Shown here: positions 18,300 to 24,612 of the stretch, piece after piece
Layout of the letters: each line of letters begins with the position of its first letter
How positions within the stretch are numbered: position 1 is the first letter of the stretch
NCBI GenBank assembly: GCA_038128465.1
Contig: JAYPJO010000002.1
Coordinates: 1-24,612, forward strand
Length of the DNA stretch: 24,612 nt
Source: Gammaproteobacteria bacterium
GTDB lineage: Bacteria > Pseudomonadota > Gammaproteobacteria > Pseudomonadales > Pseudohongiellaceae
Reading direction: 5' to 3'
Translations under genes and position numbers: made by a program
Notes under the pieces: generated by a model
What the model was told of the DNA's origin: nothing
What the model saw: only the letters and a program-made list of their open reading frames with translations
The model's database searches: none

Positions 18300-18363
18300 T
18301 CATACGGCTTGCGAGCTGACTTTAAGCAGAATAAGCTTGAGATATATTTTTAGGAGATTAAGC

Positions 18364-18618
18364 GTGCCAAAAGAAAAAATTAGAGGTCTTATAAGCGAGC
18401 TGCATGAAAGAATTTCCGGCGAAGACAGCAGCCCACAGCAGGAATTGCTACTGGCACAACTGCAATCTCAGCTGGATAGCTGGGAGGGGCCTAAACCGGC
18501 TAATGGCGATATAAAAGATGCTGCAGAAGAATTGCTTCATGAAGTGGAAGAGAAGCACCCAAAGGCTGCGCGTATCACCCACGAAATAATTGAAGTGCTC
18601 AGTCACCTGGGACTTTAA
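18364..18618 (+). CDS. DUF4404-family small protein (84 aa)
   Basis: SD AGGAG at 18352-18356 before GTG 18364, a better start than 18286. C-terminus EEKHPKAARITHEIIEVLSHLGL matches the family pattern (E..HP......I...L..LG[IL]). Confidence 0.78.
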   Translation: MPKEKIRGLISELHERISGEDSSPQQELLLAQLQSQLDSWEGPKPANGDIKDAAEELLHEVEEKHPKAARITHEIIEVLSHLGL

Positions 18619-18653
18619 TGGTTCTCTAAAATGGCATCATCGTCGGCCTCAGT

Positions 18654-18683
18654 GGGTCTATGCGGTTCTATGCGGTTCTATGC
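18654..18683. repeat. Three tandem 10-nt units
   Basis: GGGTCTATGC GGTTCTATGC GGTTCTATGC, between the convergent DUF4404 and yaaA stops. Confidence 0.85.
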
Positions 18684-18689
18684 AAGCCT

Positions 18690-19463
18690 TTAATCCTGTT
18701 TACGTAAAAAAACTAGTTCGCCAGGATTAGACTCTTGCTTGCTAAAGCGATAGCCCTCTGCCCTGAACCGGCATAGCTCTTCAATATCCTTAATGCGGTT
18801 TTTAATAATATAGGCGCTCATCAGGCCCCTGGCTTTTTTGGCAAAAAAACTGAGCACCTTATATTGGCCATTTTTATAGTCTTTAAACACAGGTGTTATG
18901 ATCCGGGCATTTGCCGTTTTACCTTTGATCGCTTTGAAATACTCATTAGAAGCCAGGTTGATTAAAAGATCATCTTTTTGTTGTTTTAAAGCATCGGTAA
19001 TTGCTAGGCCTAATTGCTCTCCCCAGTAATCATAAAGCGATTCTCCGCGGCTGTTTTTTAAACTCGTCCCCATTTCCAGACGATATGGTTGTATCAAATC
19101 CAGTGGTCGTAATACGCCATAAAGGCCGGATAAAATCCGCAAGTGTTTTTGCGCAAAATCCAGGTCGCTCGCATCGAATTGCTGAGCCTCTAGCCCGGTA
19201 TAGACATCGCCCTTGAAAGCAAATATGGCCGGACGGGCATTGCTTGGTGAAAAAGGTTGCTCCCAGTTTAAATAACGGGAGATATTCAGTTCAGCGAGCT
19301 TGGCGCTGATATGCATCAGCTCCTGAATATCGTCTGGTGCCATTTTTTTTAACACGCTTACAAGCCTGGCTGATTCTTTCAGAAATTGCGGTTGTGAATA
19401 TTTCCTGCTGGGCAGGGGGCTTTCGTAATCCAGTGTTTTTGCGGGAGATATGACTATAAGCAT
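18690..19463 (-). CDS. yaaA: Peroxide stress protein YaaA (DUF328)
   Basis: MLIVISPAKTLDY, AIFAFKGDVYTGL, HLRILSGLYGVLRPLDLIQPYRLEMGT, INLASNEYFKA, SFFAKKARG. Confidence 0.96.
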   Translation of the reverse strand: MLIVISPAKTLDYESPLPSRKYSQPQFLKESARLVSVLKKMAPDDIQELMHISAKLAELNISRYLNWEQPFSPSNARPAIFAFKGDVYTGLEAQQFDASDLDFAQKHLRILSGLYGVLRPLDLIQPYRLEMGTSLKNSRGESLYDYWGEQLGLAITDALKQQKDDLLINLASNEYFKAIKGKTANARIITPVFKDYKNGQYKVLSFFAKKARGLMSAYIIKNRIKDIEELCRFRAEGYRFSKQESNPGELVFLRKQD

Positions 19464-19520
19464 AGTTTATTTATTACCTGAAAATACCTTGCTGATTTTT
19501 AAAGAGCCTCTGGTTAGCTG

Positions 19521-19980
19521 TCAGATCTGGTTTATAAAACTGTTCCACCAGTTCAATGGCGTCACGCCGTCAACGGGGTCATAAACATTGCCATAATACC
19601 AGACTGAATCTGGATAAACCGCCATGGCATTATCAAACAAAGACTCTATGGCAGCAAAACCCAGATTAACATGTATGGCGTAACTCAGAGCCCGCTCAGT
19701 ATTTATATCAAGACTGCCGCCCTGCTTCGATTTCCGTTTTTCTAAACACCCGAACCGCCAGATTACCGCTGTGTTTTACAAGCTTAAATGCTTTGTCCAG
19801 CTGACTATTCACTTCGATAATATCGCCTTTGGCCAGACCACGAATAAGCAATGGCGTTTGCATCACTTCGTAGTGGTCAGCTTGCTCAAGCACAAAGACA
19901 TGAACTTTTTCCAACACCTGCTGGCCATGACCGTCTTCGCCAGCAAGCAATTGTAAAACTGCCCGTTGTTCCTTTTTCAA
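19521..19980 (-). pseudogene. Frameshifted, internally deleted DUF4265-family gene
   Basis: The 90-aa ORF (TTG 19980, SD GAGGG) stops at 19708. A +1 frame starting near 19724 continues QGGSLDINTERALSYAIHVNLGFAAIESLFDNAMAVYPDSVWYYGNVYDPVDGVTPLNWWNSFINQI* (TGA 19521-19523), the C-terminus I recognise for this family. Span is 460 nt = 153 codons + 1. Confidence 0.85.
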
Positions 19981-20022
19981 GTGCTGCCCTCAAAAAAGCT
20001 TCAATGTTACCAGATGCCATGG

Positions 20023-20064
20023 TTGACCTGCATCAAAAGCTCACTTGTAGTAGCGTTGTGTAAT
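20023..20064 (+). promoter_or_regulatory. FNR/Anr/Dnr-type class II promoter for the usp operon
   Basis: TTGAC-CTGC-ATCAA at 20023-20036 (centre 20029.5) and -10 TGTAAT at 20059-20064. With a TSS near 20071 the box sits at -41.5. SD AAGGAG precedes ATG 20112. Confidence 0.7.
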
Positions 20065-20111
20065 AACTACACTTATTCTAAATTAATTGCTTTAAGCTAA
20101 AGGAGCTTGGA

Positions 20112-20543
20112 ATGGATCTTTATAAAAACATTCTTGTTGCCGTCGATCTTTCTCAGGATTCTGCCCTCATTCTTGAAAAAGCTCAAAACATTGCAAAAGC
20201 CTATGGCGCTACTTTAAACCTGGTTCATGTGATTGAGCCCATTGCTGTCGGATATGCCATTGAAATATCCAGTATTGATGTTGAAGGCCTGCATCAGGAA
20301 GCGACTGAACAGGCAAAACAGTCGCTGGCAGAAATGGGCAACAAAATTGATTTACCAGCTGAGCGTATGCATACGCTGCTAGGTCAGCCTGCCAGAGAAA
20401 TAAAAGAACTGGCAAATGAAATAAATGCGGATTTGATCATTATGGGGAATCATGGTCGCCATGGCTGGGAGCTGTTATTTGGTTCAACGTCCACGGGTGT
20501 TGCCCATGGTGTCAATTGCGACTTGCTGACAGTGCACGTTTAA
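20112..20543 (+). CDS. Universal stress protein (UspA family)
   Basis: YKNILVAVDLS, LNLVHVIEP, GQPAREI, ADLIIMGNHGRHG...LLFGST..GVAHGVNCDLLTV. Confidence 0.95.
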   Translation: MDLYKNILVAVDLSQDSALILEKAQNIAKAYGATLNLVHVIEPIAVGYAIEISSIDVEGLHQEATEQAKQSLAEMGNKIDLPAERMHTLLGQPAREIKELANEINADLIIMGNHGRHGWELLFGSTSTGVAHGVNCDLLTVHV

Positions 20544-20549
20544 ATTTTC

Positions 20550-20927
20550 GTGGAAACGCTTGATGAGCAGGCGGTCTTGTCTGATTTTGCCGCGCTGGTT
20601 TCTGCTAGCACAGAGGTCTGGGGATTAAAAGCTGGTGACGGCTGGGCTTTATGCTCATCAATAGAGTTTGAAGAAACAGACGTTATGCCGTTTTTTAGCA
20701 GCGTTGATAAAGCCAGGCTGCTCTGTACCGGCAGCTGGTCAGATTACAAGCCAGAAGCCATTGCGCTGGATGCATTTTTAATGGACTGGTTGCCTGGGAT
20801 GCATGAAGACAGCGCCATGGTTGGGCTCAACTGGAATGCAGATATGGAAGGCGCAGAAGTGGAGCCGGCTGAGCTGGCTACAGCTATTGAAGCAGCAACT
20901 GCATCAACAAGCAGGCAGCGTCTTTGA
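20550..20927 (+). CDS. DUF2750-family protein
   Basis: VWGLK..DGWALC.S.EFEETDVMPFFSS...A...C...WSDY.P..I.LD.FL.DWLPGM.ED...VG.NWN..MEG.EVEP pattern; GTG start 6 nt after usp. Confidence 0.82.
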   Translation: METLDEQAVLSDFAALVSASTEVWGLKAGDGWALCSSIEFEETDVMPFFSSVDKARLLCTGSWSDYKPEAIALDAFLMDWLPGMHEDSAMVGLNWNADMEGAEVEPAELATAIEAATASTSRQRL

Positions 20928-21280
20928 AAAAAATAATTTTAGTGCTTCATGGTATGGCGAAGCTGCTCAGACCTATTCGCATTGCCTTGCTTATCCTGAC
21001 CTTTCTTGCCCTGCTACTCACTGCATATTCTCTGGTGGTGCAGAGCGCCTTTTCTCTTAGGGTGCTTGAACCGGCAATTGTTGTTTCATTATGGGGCATG
21101 CTGTTACTGGCCAGCACTGAACTATTTCAGCAGTTACCTTCCCCTTTTTTAGATGGAGAATCATTTCTACAAGCCTGGTTTAAACGGCTTAAGCGCTTTT
21201 TGTTTGCCTGTCTGGCTTTAATTTTTGTTTTTGTTTGCACATTGTTAAGCTGGTTAAGCATCCGCCTGCTGCTTATTTAG
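20924..21280 (+). CDS. Hypothetical integral membrane protein (about 3 TM helices)
   Basis: TTG start overlaps the DUF2750 stop (TTGA), implying translational coupling; three hydrophobic segments. No family recognised. Confidence 0.65.
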   Translation: MKKIILVLHGMAKLLRPIRIALLILTFLALLLTAYSLVVQSAFSLRVLEPAIVVSLWGMLLLASTELFQQLPSPFLDGESFLQAWFKRLKRFLFACLALIFVFVCTLLSWLSIRLLLI

Positions 21281-21399
21281 CTGCATCTGAAAAATTAATT
21301 TGTGATATTCTCCTGATTTTTTACTGTCTGGCATAAACAAGCCTTGGGCCAGTGTTTGATGAGATAATTTGCCGGATAACGACGGATTGCGGACAAGAA

Positions 21400-21951
21400 A
21401 TGAATAAAATCCACGCCATTACCAAACTGCTGGACAACTTTTCAGAGATAGTGGGCAAATTTGCTGCCTATTTTGCCATTTTAACAGTCCTAGTCACCTG
21501 CTATGTCGTCATCAGTCGCTACGTATTCAATACCGGATCAATAGCTGTGCAGGAATCAGTGCTCTATATCAATGCCATCCTGGTATTTGGAACAGTTGGT
21601 TATACGCTGAAACACAACGGCCATGTCCGGGTGGACGTAATCTACGGCCCTTCTTCAATTCGTTACAAGGCCTGGGTAAATTTTCTGGGGTCCTTATTTT
21701 TATTGTTGCCCGTGACCCTTTTCATTCTTTTTTACTGTTGGGATTATGTCATATCCTCATGGGACATTCGTGAAGGTTCTCCGGAGGCTAATGGCCTGCC
21801 CTTCGTCTATATGCTGAAGACGATCATATTAATAATGTGCCTGTTGCTGCTGTTGCAGGGCATGGCTGAAATCCTCAGAAATTTCAGCTTCCTGTTTGCA
21901 GGTGACTCTACCGATCTTTCCTACGAAGAACAGGAAAGCAACGCTTTATGA
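21400..21951 (+). CDS. dctQ: TRAP transporter small permease (DctQ family)
   Basis: VVISRYVFNTGSIAVQES, GYTLKHNGHVRVDVIY, EGSPEANGLP; four TM. ATG 21400 preferred over GTG 21352. Confidence 0.92.
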   Translation: MNKIHAITKLLDNFSEIVGKFAAYFAILTVLVTCYVVISRYVFNTGSIAVQESVLYINAILVFGTVGYTLKHNGHVRVDVIYGPSSIRYKAWVNFLGSLFLLLPVTLFILFYCWDYVISSWDIREGSPEANGLPFVYMLKTIILIMCLLLLLQGMAEILRNFSFLFAGDSTDLSYEEQESNAL

Positions 21952-23333
21952 TGGAAATTATGCCGTTTTTGTTATTTATCTGTATTTGCCTGGTTCTTGT
22001 CGCAGGCTATCCTGTCGCTTTTTCACTGGCCGGTACTTCAATTATATTTGCCGGCATTGGCGTCATTACTGGCACATTTGATACGTCTTTTTTAACTGCA
22101 GTGCCTAACCGCATCTATGGTAGCGTCATCGCCAACACCACCCTATTTGCTGTTCCCATGTTTGTTTTTATGGGCGTAATGCTGGAGAAATCCAAGATTG
22201 CCGAGGATCTGCTCGGCGGTATGGCGCTTCTTTTTGGGCAAATGCGTGGGGGCCTGGGTCTTTCTGTAATCCTGGTCGGCATGCTGTTAGCTGCAAGCAC
22301 GGGTATTGTTGGGGCAACCGTTGTCACCATGAGCATATTATCGCTGCCAACTATGCTTAAAGCAGGCTATAAAACCTCACTTGCTACCGGCACTATTTGT
22401 GCCACCGGAACGCTCGGTCAAATTATTCCTCCTTCTATAGCGCTGGTTTTACTTGGCGATGTTATTTCCACTGCCTATCAGCAGGCCCAGATCAATATGG
22501 GTGCTTTTTCTACCCAAACTGTTTCCGTTGGCGACCTGTTTGCCGGCGCCATAGTGCCGGGTTTGCTACTGGTGGCGCTATATTCGATATACATGATAGG
22601 AATTGCTTTTTTTAAACAGGACTATGCACCACCAGCCCGGCAGGAAGATATTGACGCCATTAAAGCCAACAGCAGTATTACGGAAAAGGTTCTAAAGAGC
22701 CTGCTGCCACCTTTAATCCTGATTGTCGCTGTGCTCGGCTCCATTCTTTTTGGTGCAGCAACACCAACAGAAGCTGCGGGCGTGGGCGGCCTGGGAGCTA
22801 TATTGCTGGCTCTGATCAAAGGCCAGTTAAATTTTCAAATATTCAAAGACGTTTCTATATCAACGGCCAAGGTTAGTTCCATGGTCTATATGATTCTGAT
22901 AGGTGCAGGTGTTTTTTCTCTGGTCTTTCGCGGTTTTTCCGGAGATATCCTCGTAGAAGAGTTTTTCGATAGCTTGCCCGGCGGCGTGGTGATGGCTGTG
23001 ACGCTGGTGATGCTGGTTGTTTTTCTGCTCGGCTTTATCCTCGACTTTATCGAAATTACTTATATGGTGGTGCCCATTGTTGGGCCTATCTTACTGGCAA
23101 TGGGTCTTGACCCCATATGGCTTGGCATTATGCTGGCCGTAAATCTACAGACATCCTTTTTGACGCCGCCTTTTGGCTTTGCGCTGTTTTATTTACGAGG
23201 CGCTGCACCTGATGAAGTGTTAACAAAAGATATATATAAAGGCGTTGTCCCTTTTATTCTGATTCAGGTCCTGATGCTGGCCTTGCTTGCCATGTGGCCA
23301 GGACTGACAACATGGCTGCCTTCTTTGCTTTAG
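21948..23333 (+). CDS. dctM: TRAP transporter large permease (DctM family)
   Basis: GYPVAFSLAG, AVPMFVFMGVMLEKS, ASTGIVGATVV, GTLGQIIPPSI, TPTEAAGVG, LQTSFLTPPFGFALFYL. ATGA overlap with dctQ. Confidence 0.95.
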   Translation: MMEIMPFLLFICICLVLVAGYPVAFSLAGTSIIFAGIGVITGTFDTSFLTAVPNRIYGSVIANTTLFAVPMFVFMGVMLEKSKIAEDLLGGMALLFGQMRGGLGLSVILVGMLLAASTGIVGATVVTMSILSLPTMLKAGYKTSLATGTICATGTLGQIIPPSIALVLLGDVISTAYQQAQINMGAFSTQTVSVGDLFAGAIVPGLLLVALYSIYMIGIAFFKQDYAPPARQEDIDAIKANSSITEKVLKSLLPPLILIVAVLGSILFGAATPTEAAGVGGLGAILLALIKGQLNFQIFKDVSISTAKVSSMVYMILIGAGVFSLVFRGFSGDILVEEFFDSLPGGVVMAVTLVMLVVFLLGFILDFIEITYMVVPIVGPILLAMGLDPIWLGIMLAVNLQTSFLTPPFGFALFYLRGAAPDEVLTKDIYKGVVPFILIQVLMLALLAMWPGLTTWLPSLL

Positions 23334-23343
23334 GAACTAACTA

Positions 23344-23760
23344 TTGAATGCTGAAACTGACAACCTGGATCTGGATCCCAATCCCCATCCTGAAGGTGAA
23401 CTGGCAACCCAGACTATTGCCCTGCCCTCTGATACTAATCAGGATGGTGAAATCCATGGCGGCTGGCTGGCATGTCAAATGGATATGGCAGCGCATCTGG
23501 CAAGCTCAAAAGTTGCCAAAGGCAAAGTCGCTACAGTCGCAATAGATAACATCAGTTTTTTATCGCCAATCAGTATTGGGTCCGTAGTAGGCTGTTATGC
23601 CCGGATAATTGGCGTTGGTCGTTCTTCAATACGGGTTTCTGTTGAGGCCTGGGTCAGCCATGTCGTTAAAGGTCATGACTGGACTAAAGTCGCTGAAGGC
23701 GTTTTTACTTTTGTTGCCATCGGCGACAATGGTCGCACCAGAGCTATTCCTGAAAAATAG
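23344..23760 (+). CDS. Acyl-CoA thioesterase (hotdog fold, YciA family)
   Basis: GELATQTIALPSDTNQDGEIHGGWLACQMD, GKVATVAID.I.FLSPI.IG.VV.CY, GRSSIRVSVEAW, EGVFTFVAIGDNGRTR. TTG start with SD AGGA. Confidence 0.88.
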   Translation: MNAETDNLDLDPNPHPEGELATQTIALPSDTNQDGEIHGGWLACQMDMAAHLASSKVAKGKVATVAIDNISFLSPISIGSVVGCYARIIGVGRSSIRVSVEAWVSHVVKGHDWTKVAEGVFTFVAIGDNGRTRAIPEK

Positions 23761-23768
23761 CAGATTTG

Positions 23769-23789
23769 CAGTCCTGGTAATTCAGGCTG
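23769..23789. terminator. Weak hairpin, possibly a bidirectional terminator between convergent thioesterase and dctP
   Basis: CAG(T)CCTG-GTAATT-CAGGCTG, a 7-bp stem with one bulge. U-tracts are poor. Confidence 0.3.
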
Positions 23790-23802
23790 TATTGAGCTTT
23801 AT

Positions 23803-24612
23803 CTAGCGTTGTTCAGCACGTACCCGAAGATAGGCTTCTTCAGAAATATCCTGATAGTACTGAATGTTTTCTTCAAAGCTGCGGTAGGAAGTCAGAATGC
23901 GTTGCCCCAGCTCACTGCTTTGGCCCAGTTCATTAATAATATCCTGGGAAACATTATAAAGTTCAGTGATTAAATCATCCGGAAATTGGCGCATTTCCAC
24001 ACCGTGTTCATCAATCAGCGTCGACAGTGCATTGCTATTTTGAAACCTGAATTCATCGGTTATGTTGGCAGCCGCTGCACGAGCAGCTGTTCGCATAATG
24101 AGCTGCAGGTCTCCCGGCAGCGCTTCAAACATCTCCTTATTGAAGAGAAACTCCTGTAAAGAGCCTGCCTCATGCCATCCCGGATAATAGTAGTAGTCAG
24201 CGACATCATAAAAACCCAGAGCCAGGTCGTTCAGGGGCCCTACAAACTCAGTAGCATCAATCACTCCGGTTTGCAAAGAAGTATAAATATCTCCTGCGGC
24301 AAGATTAACCGGCACGCCGCCAACTCTTTGTATCACTTCCCCTCCAAGTCCGGGAATTCGCATTGTTAGCCCCTGAAAATCATCAACGCTATTAATTTCC
24401 TTATTAAACCAGCCGCCCATTTGCACGCCTGTGTTGCCGCCAAGCATGGGCAGAATATTGAAAGGCTCATACACTTCTTCCCACAGCTCCTGTCCGCCGC
24501 CATAGATAATCCAGCTTTCCATTTCTTCGCCGTTCATACCAAATGGTACTGCACCAAAAAACTGAGCTTCTGGCGCTTTCCCCCGCCAGTAATAGGCGGC
24601 ACTGTGGCCTAT
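23803..24612 (-). CDS. dctP: TRAP substrate-binding protein (DctP family, TakP/2-oxoacid-binding-like), 5'-truncated by window edge
   Basis: Frame is open to 24612 (IGHSAAYYWRGKAPEAQFFGAVPFGM...). GNTGVQMGGWFNKEINS, MRIPGLGGEV, GVIDATEFVGP.NDL.LGF, YYYPGWHEAG. Confidence 0.93.
   Translation of the reverse strand: MGHSAAYYWRGKAPEAQFFGAVPFGMNGEEMESWIIYGGGQELWEEVYEPFNILPMLGGNTGVQMGGWFNKEINSVDDFQGLTMRIPGLGGEVIQRVGGVPVNLAAGDIYTSLQTGVIDATEFVGPLNDLALGFYDVADYYYYPGWHEAGSLQEFLFNKEMFEALPGDLQLIMRTAARAAAANITDEFRFQNSNALSTLIDEHGVEMRQFPDDLITELYNVSQDIINELGQSSELGQRILTSYRSFEENIQYYQDISEEAYLRVRAEQR

Noticed and set aside
21300-21352. Sigma54-like TGGCA...GC and CRP-like TGTGA upstream of dctQ
   Set aside because: The GG-to-GC spacing is one base short for -24/-12, and the second CRP half-site (TCACA) is missing.

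Overview
A compact, mostly housekeeping stretch of a gammaproteobacterial chromosome. The gene order resembles the Pseudomonadales/Cellvibrionales/Oceanospirillales type, and GC is roughly mid-40s % by eye. Order: coaBC (5' truncated)-algC-matB-like acyl-CoA ligase-argB-slmA >< pyrE-rph <> yicC-gmk-rpoZ-spoT >< EAL-domain gene remnant <> recG >< DAACS dicarboxylate/amino-acid symporter <> ubiA >< PHP-family histidinol-phosphatase <> FemAB-like/GNAT protein-DUF4404 >< yaaA-frameshifted DUF4265 <> usp-DUF2750-membrane protein-TRAP dctQ-dctM-acyl-CoA thioesterase >< TRAP dctP (5' truncated). I found no tRNA/rRNA, CRISPR array, integrase or transposase, and I cannot support a claim of a wholly new multi-gene system. 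The best signals are ones the ORF track misses or mis-starts: (1) two internally deleted, frameshifted gene remnants (EAL phosphodiesterase 11249-11510; DUF4265 19521-19980); (2) a probable non-canonical AUU start for spoT; (3) an FNR/Anr class II promoter with near-ideal geometry upstream of the usp operon; (4) a malonyl-CoA-synthetase-like gene packed into the coaBC-algC unit, which lacks the usual dut; (5) a TRAP system whose binding-protein gene converges on its permeases across a thioesterase; (6) an RNAP omega subunit with a long acidic repeat tail. Family calls come from motif recognition from memory; no database searches were run.
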